Shown here: piece after piece, positions 1 through 11,219 of the stretch | Numbering within the stretch: position 1 is the stretch's first letter | Layout: each line of letters starts with the position of its first letter | From: Azolla caroliniana | Taxonomy: Eukaryota; Plantae; Polypodiophyta | NCBI GenBank assembly: GCA_043228905.1 | Contig: JBHGNT010000016.1 | Location: forward strand, 13,764,001-13,828,000 | Direction: 5' to 3' | DNA: 64,000 bases | Notes under the pieces: model-generated | The model's database searches: none | Told to the model about the DNA's origin: nothing | Seen by the model: only the letters and a program-made list of their open reading frames with translations | Made by a program: the position numbers and the translations under genes

Positions 1-1118
1 CGAGGAGGATTGAAGAAGGAGATTGGGTGATCGTCTATGACAGTAGTTTGGACCATCAACATACAACGATGCGGAAATTCGCGAAAAGGTGGTTCGGGCC
101 ATACGAGGTTCGGAAAGTCTTCGACAACGGAACGTACCGACTGTCCGAGTTGGATGGAACAATATTATGAGTGCCTATAGCCGGGAAGCGGGTGAAGATT
201 TTCAAGAAGCGGACCGACGACAAACCCTATGTGATCCAAGCCAAGGCCGACAACGAGGAGCAATCGGACAAAGACCACGGTGATGCGGGAAGCGAAGAAA
301 GTGAATTACAACTCATAGTTGACATAAGGGGAGAATTGGAGGAAGCTTTGGGTGAAGACGGATATGGGGGATCGAGAACTTCGGCACATACCGGAGGATG
401 TGCGGGTTCGGAGGGGGCGAATGTCGTAGTGTATTCCGCACACTACGTGAAAACCATAAAATAATATATCCGATTTTAGATACATATAAATAAATAAATA
501 AAAAGAATTTATCACGTGCATAGGGCAGGATTCGAACCATGCACCTCCACGTAAATAAACCCCAACTTTACCATTGTAATAACTTATCTTTAGTGTTATA
601 AATATAGATTTAATACGTATAAGACCTTTATTTATACATACCTTTATTAAAAGGTAAAAATCATGTATTCTTTAGAGTGTGAATATTTTATTTACACGTG
701 ACATTAAAAGTGACTCATGCACATCTAGCGTGCACGAGCCCTATATTTAGGAAATGACAAAACATCACATGCACATTTAGTGTGCATGGGCACTTTAGGT
801 GAAAAAGCATGAAGCCATCCTTAGCCTCTTCCATCTTTATATAAGGAGGAGAAAAATATGTCTATGGTTGTTGATTAATATACAAGGTTGGATCAATCTA
901 ATATATTCGTGGGATTCACGAATTTTGTCATCTAATTGCTCTTATAATCTAAATATTGTTTTAATTACGCTAAACTCGTGGGATTCACGAGATTGCTATC
1001 TTACTTCTCTTTCCACTATTCATATCTAGCCTTAAGTTGTATTCCTCTTCCTCCTAGTCAAAAACCTCGGCGGTTCCCACCCGACTCACGCAACGATCCG
1101 GAGCCGAAGGGCACGACA
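1..1118 (+). mobile_element. 3' end of a Ty3/gypsy LTR retrotransposon (integrase C-terminus, PPT, 3' LTR), inserted into the copia element that follows
   Basis: Frame +3 reads EEGDWVIVYDSSLDHQH..RKFAKRWFGPYEVRKVFDNGTYRLSELDG (GPY/F integrase tail, stop at 168). PPT GAGGGGGCGAA at 411-421. LTR 422-1118 has inverted termini TGTCGT...ACGACA. Copia coding sequence resumes at 1119. Confidence 0.9.
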
Positions 1119-4100
1119 ACGTGCACATAGAGAAGTGCACTGATTGTCTGGCCGGTAAGCAGAACCGGACCTCCTTCCGACCAAGGCCACCGATGAGACG
1201 TAATGCACCACTGGAGTTGGTGCATACGGATGTGTGTCAAGTAGACGTGAAGTCACGTGCCGGAGTGCAGTACTTTGTGACGTTCATAGATGACCACAGC
1301 CGGAAGCTGTGGGCCACACCGTTGAAGACGAAGGATCAGGTGTTATCCGTCTTCAAAGAGCTCCACGTGAGAGTGGAAAGAGAAACCGGCCGGAAGCTGA
1401 AGGCGGTTCGAGCAAATAACGGAGGAGAGTACTGGGGGCAGTTCAAGGAGTACTGCCGCTCGAAGGGAATCCGGCTCGAATTTACCGTGCCGAAGACGCC
1501 GGAACTAAACGGATTGGCCGAGAGGATGAACCGGACCATAATGGAGAGGGTCCGGAGTATGCTAGCACATGCAAAACTACCCAAGAAGTTTTGGGCTGAG
1601 GCACTGTCGACGGCGACATACGTGATAAATAGATCACCCTCAATACCCTTGGACGGAGACACGCCACAGAGAGTGTGGACCGGTAAGGAAGTATCCTACC
1701 GGCATCTGAAGGTGTTCGGGTGTCTTGCGTACGTGCATGTAGCCAAGGACCAGAGAGGAAAGTTAGATCCAAAGACCCGGCCATGCATATTCCTCGGTTA
1801 TGATGACGATGAGTTCGGCTACCGAGTGTGGGACCTGGTCGACAAGAAGGCATTCCGGAGTCGAGATATTATCTTCATGGAGAACAAGACGCTCGTCGAT
1901 TGGGAGTCGGAGAAGAAGATAATGAACTCCGAGCCGACCGGTAAGGATCGACTCTACGATGAGCAGACCCAACCGGCAAGAGACCGATGAGGAACCAGCC
2001 GAATACGGTGAGGATACCGAGCACGCTGAAGAAGAAGTAGTGGAAGCTGAAACCGGAACCGGCCAAGACCCCGAATCGGATTTGGATGAAGAGAAAGTGG
2101 AGGAGCCGGTTACCGAAGCCCGAAGATGGAAATATCCTCTCAGAGAGAGAAGGGCCCCCCGGAGATTTCCGGATGCAGAGCATGTTCTGCTGACCGATGA
2201 GGGGGAGCCAGAAAGCTTCGGAGAAGCGAAGGATGACACCCACAACCGCAAATGGTTAAGTGCCATGCAGGACGAGATGGATTCCTTGCATGAGAACCAT
2301 ACGTACGAATTGGTGGAGTTGCCGAAAGGAAAGCGGGCACTCCGAAACAAGTGGGTATACAGATTGAAACCGGGAGATGCCGGTAACCCCCCGAGATACA
2401 AAGCCAGGATCGTGGTGAAGGGGTTCCAGCAGAAAAAGGGTGTGGACTTTGACGAGATATTTGCCCCGGTAGTAAAGATGACCTCCATCCGGACGGTGCT
2501 GAGTATAGCGGCAAGCATGGACCTCGAGGTAGAACAGCTGGACGTGAAGACGACATTCCTTCACGACGACCTCGAAGAGGAGATCTACATGCAGCAACCA
2601 GAAGGATTTGTGGAGAAAGGGAAGGAGCACCTGGTATGCCGGTTGAAGAAGAGCCTGTACGGACTAAAGCAGGCTCCCCGGCAATGGTACTGGAAGTTCG
2701 ATTCCTTCATGACCGATCAAGGGTACCACAAGACGCAGGCCGATCACTGCGTGTTTGTGAAGAAGTTCGAAGGAGGCAACTTCCTGATACTCCTTCTGTA
2801 CGTGGATGACATGTTGATCGCCGGACGTGACCAAGTCAAAATACGGATGCTGAAGAAGGCTCTCAACCGGACCTTCTCAATGAAAGACTTGGGTCCGGCA
2901 AGACAGATGCTGGGGATGCACATCATTCGGGACCGGTCAAAGAAGCAATTATGGCTGTCACAGGAGAAGTACGTGACAAAGGTGCTTCACCGGTTCAACA
3001 TGTCAGAAGCGAAACCGATCGGATCGACACTTCTGGCAAACTGCAGGCTATCCGGTAAGCAAAGCCCGAAGACAAAAGCAGAGAAGGTGGATATGATGAA
3101 GATTCCATATGCCTCTGCCGTCGGGAGCTTGATGTACGCAATGGTGTGTACCCGACCGGATATAGGATATGCAGTCGGAGTGGTGAACCGGTTCATGAGC
3201 AATCCCGGCAAGGAGCACTAGAACGCGGTCAAATGGATACTCCGGTATTTGAAGGGCACTTCAAATATGTGTCTCCGATTCGGCTCCGGAAAACCTCAAC
3301 TTGACGGTTTCACCGATTCGGACATGTCGGCTGATGTGGATACCAACCGGTCTACATCCGGGTATGTAATAACATATGCAGGGGGAGCTGTTTCGTGGCA
3401 ATCGAGGCTGCAGAAGACCATTGCATTGTCAACCACGGAGGCGGAGTACATGGCAGCGGTGGAAGCCGGCAAGGAAATATTATGGATGAAGGACTTCATC
3501 GGAGAGCTCGGCAAGAGGAATACCAACTCTATTGCGACAGTCAAAGTGCCATCCACCTTGCTAAGAATGCGGCCTACCATTCCTGGACGAAGCATATCCA
3601 GCGGAGGTATCACTGGATCTGGGAAAGAGTAGATGACCAGGAGTTCGCACTGACAAAGATTCACACGGCTGAGAACGGGTCAGATATGCTGACCAAAGTG
3701 TTGACACCCGACAAGCTGAATGCATGCCGGAAGCGGATCGGACTGGTAAGACACCCCATGCCGGAGTGAAGGGGGAGTTTGTTGGGAGACAGGTCCCTCC
3801 GGATGGTGCAGACCCGGTATGAACCGGATGAGGAGTGCCCGGCTACGGAGAACCGGATGGTGCAGACCCGGTATGAACCGGAGGAGGAGTATCCGACTAC
3901 GGAGAGCCGGATGGTGCAGACCCGGTATGGACCAGATGAGGAGTACCCAGCTACGGAGAGCCAGATGGTGCAGACCCGGTATGAACCGGATGAGGAGTAC
4001 CCGACTACGGAGAGCCGGATGATACAGAGCCGGTGAAGACCGGATGAGGAGTACCCGGCTACGGAGAACCGGATGGTACAGACCCGGTGAGAACCGGACG

Positions 4101-4530
4101 AAGAGACATATTCGTAAATATGTTTCCTGAGAGCCCATCGAGGCTATACTTGTAAATAGCCGAAAAGTCATATTAGTATAAATATGACTTAGGGCAAACT
4201 TACAATTGTTGTTGTTATTCTGGTCTGCGCGAGATTAGAGCGTGTAACTGTGTACAGAGAGAGAGAGAGAGTGAGAGGAAGAGGTCGCTACCTCTGTTGT
4301 AACCGCCGCCTGTGGCGAAGATCGTGAGCACGAGGTTGTTGCCTCCGTGAACTCACCGTTTGTACATTCCAACATAGTGATAGTTTGCAGCCTGTGGGCT
4401 GCCGTGATTTTTTCCCTTAGTTTGGGTTTTCCACGTAAACATCCTGTGTACCTTTTTCTCTCTCCTTTGCGTCGTGTTTTCCGTTTCCTGTTTTCTGTGT
4501 ATGATTCTAAGCTCGGTTGTGGCCGAGCGT
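1119..4530 (+). mobile_element. Ty1/copia (Tork-like) element: integrase, RT, RNase H, PPT and 3' LTR (right end truncated)
   Basis: CTDCLAGKQ, LELVHTDVC, NGLAERMNRT (integrase); QLDVKTTFL, LLYVDDMLI (RT); GFTDSDMS, STTEAEY (RNase H). Frameshifts near 1980 and 3515 and a stop at 3219. PPT GAAGGGGGAG at ~3768-3777. LTR starts TGTTG at 3780. Confidence 0.93.
3799..4103 (+). repeat. 54-bp tandem repeat (~5.5 copies) in the U3 region of the copia 3' LTR
   Basis: The unit CGGATGGTGCAGACCCGGTATGAACCGGATGAGGAGT... recurs at 3800, 3854, 3908, 3962, 4016 and 4070. Confidence 0.95.
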
Positions 4531-5878
4531 TGTGTATAAGGAGCGTTGAGTTCTCGTCGGTGTATTCACCTCCGTTGTTAGATCGGAGCATCTTCACTCT
4601 CTATATTGATCAATTCTCCACTTCATCTATCCACCTTCTTCTTTCAACCTAATAGAATAGGCCCACACCTTCCGTGTACTGGGAACCTCCTAGTGATCGC
4701 TCAGGTATTGACCCACATATGTCAGTGTGCACGAGCTCTAGGGGTTGTCATCTACGAATGTGATGAAGTACTAGGAGCCTCCTAGTGATCGTTCAAGCAT
4801 AGGCCCACATATGTCCATGTGCACAAGTTCTAGGGGTTGTCATACCATGTCCTAATGGAGAGAGTGCGGACTTCGGGTTTTTTTCCTATATAAAAAATGT
4901 TCATAGAAGTTCATCTTGTTTTGGAGTTTCGAGATGTAACCGATAGCCATCAGCCGGTCCAATCTGGTTTGCAACATATGGCCAAGTCCGCCATGCCATA
5001 AGTTCGAGTCGGTCGATTTGGCTATGTTCATGGACCCTTCTAGATTGATCACTGTCAGTGGCTACAATTTATTGTACTTCTATCTATTTCGGATCTTTAT
5101 GTTCCCTCGGCTGATCATCCATGTCAACTCGCTAAGAGTCGTTCTGTACCCATCTTCGGCTAACATGCTGATGGAGACCAGAATCCTTTTCAGTGCGGGT
5201 ACGTGCCAGACTTGGTGTAGGAAAATTGTGTTGCCATTTTAGAATTGAATGGGTACTTCACCTACTCCAGTGATTTTGCATTCCTTCTTGTTGCCTAGTC
5301 GGACTATGCCGCTAGCGTCGGCTGAATACATCAAAAACCATTCAATGTTATGGGCCACATGAAATGTGCCACACGAAGTCTAGTAACCACATGTAAGAGT
5401 CTTGCGCACTGTAGAGGACTTCTTTGATTATTGAGTCCTCTAAGGAGAGGATTTCTCCCGATCGGTTGTCGGCAACATTGACCTTGTTACCAACTAGAGA
5501 GTGGTTCGAGTAAGATCATCCTCGATTCCACTCGGATCACTGACCACTCTCTTTCCTCTTGATCACCCAGAAATGAGAAACATTAGGACTGGTTTTTCTC
5601 CAATGGGTGCACAATTCGTTTAATCGACTCGTCCTAGACTTCAACTATTGTCGATCTCCGCTTGTTTTCGACCAATTGGTATTCCAACCGGTTCTGTCAG
5701 CTTGTTCTCTCGATTGACTAAATCAGTCGATCGACTTGGGTGAGTGGTGGGTTTCTGCAGGCTCGTCGATGGTGAGTTTCATCGATTTTTGCTACTATTG
5801 GTGAATGTCATATAGAAGACCTCCCAACTCGACAACAAGCTCGATAGGAGGGCAAGGGCTTTAACCTATATTTCGAAG

Positions 5879-7005
5879 TGTCAGTTGGTCAGGGTAGGCG
5901 TCGGATAAGTATGAAAGCGTCGGAGTCGACAATGTTAGGAGAAAGACAGAGTCAGAGTCGGATTGATGAGTCAGCAAATTTGTTGACTAAGTAAAAATAA
6001 ATTATAGATATTAGAGCTAGTTAGAAGTTTTGGTTAGTTCTTGCCGACAAGGAAAGTTGTAATTCTTGATGACTCAGTCTCTTGGTTTACCTATAAAAAG
6101 GAACCGAGAGTATTCTAACAATATTGTTTGTTTTGGAATTTAAGATAGTTATTAGTTAGTAGAAATCTGTGTACTTGTCTCTGAGTAATCTATCATTTTA
6201 TGCAATTATATTCTGCTCATAAATATAATAAACCAATTAGTCAATCACGATAACAGTATACAGTATCGTAAGTTGCATAGAAGTCATCCAGTATTCCATT
6301 CGTACTCCACAGTTTCTTGATAGAACGTTCATTACAGAACGTTTGGCACTATTGTTCTGTCGGTCAGAGAGGTCAACTGTCAGCCAAACAACACAATAAT
6401 TTTGGCACATACGGTGACAAGAATTTTGATTATTGTGGGTTCGACCAAGCAAGGCCTTGGCCCACGAGCGTGCCAAGTGTTAGTTGGTCAGGGTAGGCAT
6501 CGGATAAGTATGAAAGCGTCAGAGTTGACAATGTTCGAAGAAGGACAGAGTCGAAGTCGGATCGACAAGGCGGATCGATGAGTCAACAATTTTGCCAACC
6601 AAGTAAAAATTAATTATAGATATAAGAGTTAGTTAGAATTTTTGGTTAGTTCTTACCGACAAGGCAAGTTGTAATTCTTGATGAGTCAATCTCTCGGTTT
6701 ACCTATAAAAAGGAACCAAGAGTATTGTAACAATATCGTTTGTTTTGGAATTTAATATAGTTATTAGTTAGTAGAAATCTGTGCACTTCTCTCTAAGTAA
6801 TCTATCATTTTATGCGATTATATTGTGCTCGTAAATATTATAAACCAATTAGTCGATCACAATACGAGTATATAGTATCGTAAGTTACATAGGGGTGATC
6901 CGAGATTCCATTCGTACTCCATAGTTTTTTGATAGAACGTTTATTACAAAACGTTCGACACTATTGTTCTACTGGTCACAGAAGTCGATTGTCGGCCGAA
7001 CAACA
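5879..7005 (+). mobile_element. TRIM-like non-autonomous LTR element of the Athila-like family
   Basis: LTRs at 5879-6393 and 6478-7005 (TGT(C/T)AGTTGGTC...CAACA). The 84-bp interior holds a PBS-like TGGCACATACGGTG (6403) and a tRNA-like module (6432-6475). Degenerate TSD CGAAG/CGGAC. The host copia gag reads through across the site. Confidence 0.88.
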
Positions 7006-7411
7006 CGGACTTAATCCCTTGGGAGGAGAGTTCAGAAAACACTCAGGTAAAGGTGTTGATGTGGGAGGTGGGTGGATTGGTTTCTCTCAAGTTCATGTTG
7101 AACAGTTGTCTGATCAGTATCTTTTTTGAAGATGAGGACATCTTTTCGTACACAACCTATACCTTCTCCCATAACAAGAATGTTTTTGTCTCCTTGTCCA
7201 TGCTGAATTTGACATTCTCGGCCAAATGCATTCGAATGGTGGAGCGCGCGATTTCATCTATGGATCTCCGCTATTTGACTGACATTGTTACAGGTTTTTT
7301 GTTATGTCAAATGGCTTCGACTTATCTTCCGATGATTAGGACATCCTATGTCATCTCCTTCCACACGGCAACATTTTTGTCCTCAAACTTTCAGATTTCA
7401 ATTCTTGTTCC

Positions 7412-7478
7412 TGTTGTTGGGGTGGGGGGTGAAGCCTAGAATGGCTCCATCCCCCTCCTAAGGGGGTTACGTGTGAGG

Positions 7479-7528
<50 letters not shown>

Positions 7529-10024
7529 AGTAATGACACAAAAATGAGAGGGGGAAAAGCTATATTCCATTATGCCCCATGGGTGGGCTTTATATAGTAC
7601 AAGAGGTAACCGTTACAAAAGAATGCTTGACAAGTAGCGAGTTACATTACTTACCCACTCTCTCACTTTTATACACATGCACACAAATGTGCATGTGTTC
7701 ATACACATACTCATCCTTGCACACTCATACACATTACACATACACATCAACCACATTATCGTGTTCCACCCCTTATGCCTCCCCATATATTTTTACGGGT
7801 AACACATGGCACACCTGTGGGATAGTGCATTGCACGGTGAACCCACTCGCCATGGCAACTCTTCTCGATCAAATCATTGCTCTACGATAACTTTGATCGA
7901 AGCTTTGCTTGACTCGAACCTTCTTGTTCGGTCACAAGCCACAATTGGATTATACACTAATCGACTAGTTCACTATGGCATGGGTTGTGAAATCGTTGAC
8001 TCTATGTGTATTTTTTCTTTTGTCATATGAAGTGAGTATTACATTTTGCACCCTTTAAAAATTTTACCCTCAAGTTTTTAAAATTTTATTTTTACCCTCC
8101 AATTTTTAAAATTCTCATATTTGCCCTTGACTTTTCAAAATTATCGTCTTTGCCCTACGGTTCTTGAAATTGTGGTGATGCTGAAATTCTTCTCTCTACC
8201 CCTCTTCTCTTATTTCTTTTTCTTCTTTGTACACTTCCTTTCTTCGTCTTCTCTCTGGCTGTCTTCACGGCCGTCACTCTACCCTCCTCTCGATCACGCT
8301 TCTTGGTCATACTCTCGGGCATGCATCTCGACCATACTCTTGGTTGCGGGTCCCAGCCATACTCTTGACTGCGCGTATCAGCCGTCCTCTCGGCCACGCG
8401 TCTAGGCTATCTTCTCAGGAGACAAGTAGGTCCATGTGATGTTTAGAGCATGGAGATACGACACAAACAGAACGATATAGGGGCCAAGCCCTAGAGTCTC
8501 TTCTTCCTTCTTTCTCCTTTCTACCTTCTTCTTACTCCTTTTTTCTTTCTTTCTGCTACTGCTGTTTCTTCCTCCTTTTGCTCTTCTCTTGGTGTAGCCT
8601 TTGTCTTTCCCTGCTTTCTGTGTTTCTCCTCCCCCTCCATTCGTCTTTTCCTTCTCTGCGTCTGGTGAAGCTTCTTCCTCTTCAATCTCCTCTCCTCCTG
8701 TCCAGCTCGTCGTCGATGGCGGCCGGCCGTCGGACAGAAGGTCCGACGGTTGGCCTTGTCCGTTGTGTCCTTGTCGGCATCCGACTGTCTGACCGGTTGT
8801 CGGACGTCAATTTGGCGGTCGGCCCTATTCAGGTGGTTTTCCGATTGGTCGTCTCTCGGTTCGGTCGGTTCGGTTCGGCCGTGTCTTTCCGACCACATGC
8901 TGGGCTTCAACTGTCTCTCGGCCGGTTCGACCGTAGATCGTTTCTGTTAGGCCGCCAACTGTCGGACCGTCTGTCCACCAGCAGTCATTGTCCGGTGTAA
9001 CTTTTCGGTTTGCATGTCCAACTGCTATCGAACCGCACCTTTCGCCATCCACCTTACCATCGTTGTCTCTGTCTGTAGGCTCATCCGATTTGACAATCCT
9101 TTTCAGATTCGTGCCTCCTTCCTTTCTTGATCTTCACGGATCATCTCATTCTCGGTCACTGCAAGTATTCTTAGGATGCCTCCTTTCCCGCACTTAGACA
9201 TATTCACTTCTTTTAAATGTTCGAATGCAGTATAAATTTCTACATGATTTCCATGATTTCCTTTGATGACAATATAGAAAGAACGACAGAACTTATGGGA
9301 GAGGGAATTGACATCAAAGTGGTATACCCATCCTTCGCAGGATACTCCACTGTTTGTCCTGCCCGCAGAAGCAAACGTTATAGCTTCCCCTTAGCAAGGA
9401 GACGGACTGTCTCCCGAAGTAGACAAATAGGATTCAAGAAACGATGTGAATGGATACAATAGGAACAAATGATTAAGTCCTATTGAATTGTTAACATTAT
9501 CCCTTATATAGATAAATATGGTGCAGAAAACATTGTCAATATAGATATGGAGAATATACTAGCAGAATGAAAACTTTGCACTCTCAGACAAGGAAGGAGG
9601 AGGAGGAACAACAGAAAGAAGTAAGAAGAACAGAACAAATTCTAGATTATTGGGGCCTAAAAAACACTAATACACAGAGCCAGTGAGAACAAAAGACAAG
9701 CTTGATGATCACAGGCTATGGGGGCTCTTAAAGAAAGGAGATGGAAAAGATGAAGAAGAAAAATTGAGGGTAGACCGCCAGATAATCGAAGAGGCTATAT
9801 TCCATTATGCCCCCTGGGGTTTATATGTATAGTACAAGAGGCAACCGTTACAAAAAGAATGAGACAAGTAGGGAGTTACATTATTACTCACTCTCTCACT
9901 TTTGTACACATCCACACAAATGTGCATGTGTTCATACACATACTCATCCTCACACACTCATACACATCAACCAAATTATCGTGTTCCACCCCTTATGCCT
10001 CCCCGTATATTCTTACGGGTAACA
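7412..10024 (-). mobile_element. Non-coding LARD/TRIM-like LTR element (~2.6 kb)
   Basis: Perfect TSD GTTCC at 7407-7411 and 10025-10029. LTR 7412-7804 contains (GA)n. 7560-7804 is repeated at 9795-10024 (both end TTACGGGTAACA). tRNA-like module at 7807-7846. No recognisable coding domains. Confidence 0.8.
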
Positions 10025-10314
10025 GTTCCAGATGTTGAAGACCTATTCTTTTCGAAAGGGAGATTTTTACTAACCTTGTCTTCTTTTTTAGCTTTCTCTA
10101 TTGCTTTTGTTGCTACTAAGCAACAATCTGGCTCTGATACCACTTGATGGGAAGAATGTGTGGAAGTAAGTAAGGACCTGTAGGTGAATGTGCACAACAA
10201 AAACCAAAGAGAGTATGATTGAAGAAATGATTGAAACGTAAACATAGTTTAAGCTCAAATGGAAGGTCTCGATATTCTCTGTTCTCTCTCCCTCTCAAAG
10301 ACTCATAATACAAG

Positions 10315-11215
10315 GAGGTCTTCATTACAACCAAATGGATGTTAAGAATGCCTTCCTCTAAGGAAAATTAGAAGAGTTGTACATGGTCCAACCACCCAAC
10401 TTCGAATCCAACAACTATCCAAACGCAGTCTGCCGACTAAAGAAACCATTGTATGGTCTTAAGCAAGCACCGTGTGCTTGGCGTTCGAAGGTAACACAAT
10501 ATCTTCATCAAATTAGCTTTGGAATGTCAAAATCCAACAACTCCCTCTACATAAGAAGTAATTCTGGAAGCCCCATTGCAATCATCCTATATGTGGAGGA
10601 TCTGGTAATTGGAAGTGGTCATCTAGCCGACGTCAACAAGGTCTGGGAAATTCGAGATGATGGACATGAAGGAGCTACACTACTTCCTGGCATCGAGGTA
10701 ATTTGGGCTCTAGTCGGCATTATGATCTCTGAACGACACTACATCCTTAACTTGTTATACAAGTTCAGGATGACTGAGTATAAATCTGTGGCAACCTCTC
10801 TCCATCGAATCCTCAAACTGCATGCCGACTTCGGCACCATAGAGTGTGAGCCGACTCTGCATCGACAACTGAATGGGGGCCTCATTATCTCACAATCACT
10901 CAACCCGACCTTGGCTATCTAGTCAGCCTCCTTAGCCAATTTATGCAAACTCCACGAGATATTCACTTGGATTGTGGTAAACGAGTGTTATGATATGTGA
11001 GTGGAACAATGGACTAAGGAATTCTCTACAAGTCAACCACACCAATTCGACTCAAAGGGTACACAACTGCCGACTGGGCCAACTATAGAGCCAACTGACA
11101 ATCGACCTCCGTATTTGTTTTCTCCCTCAACAATAGTGGAGTAGCAAGAAACAGCCAACTATTGCTCTTTCAAGCAACGAGGCTGAATACAAGGGCGCAA
11201 TTGTGGCTACATGTT
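10315..11215 (+). pseudogene. Ty1/copia RT-RNase H fragment
   Basis: QMDVKNAFL, YMVQPPNF..VCRLKKPLYGLKQAP, ILYVEDL, and RNase H ADWA/IALSSNEAEY remnants, with many stops and frameshifts. Confidence 0.88.
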
Positions 11216-11219
11216 AATA

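Larger units (their letters stand above)
4535..10310 (-). mobile_element. Degenerate Ty1/copia element (5' LTR part, PBS-Met, gag, protease, integrase start), split by two nested insertions
   Basis: PBS TGGTATCAGAGCC on the minus strand at 10130-10142, next to LTR sequence from 10145. Gag remnants at 7006-7411 and 5750-5878 (SHINTF..VKALALLSSL). Protease region ~5100-5400. LWHGGLGH and LRSNNGGEY integrase motifs. Confidence 0.82.

Noticed and set aside
8121-9197. Cluster of short ORFs inside the LARD-like element
   Set aside because: Low-complexity CT-rich and GTCGG-rich sequence with no domain motifs.
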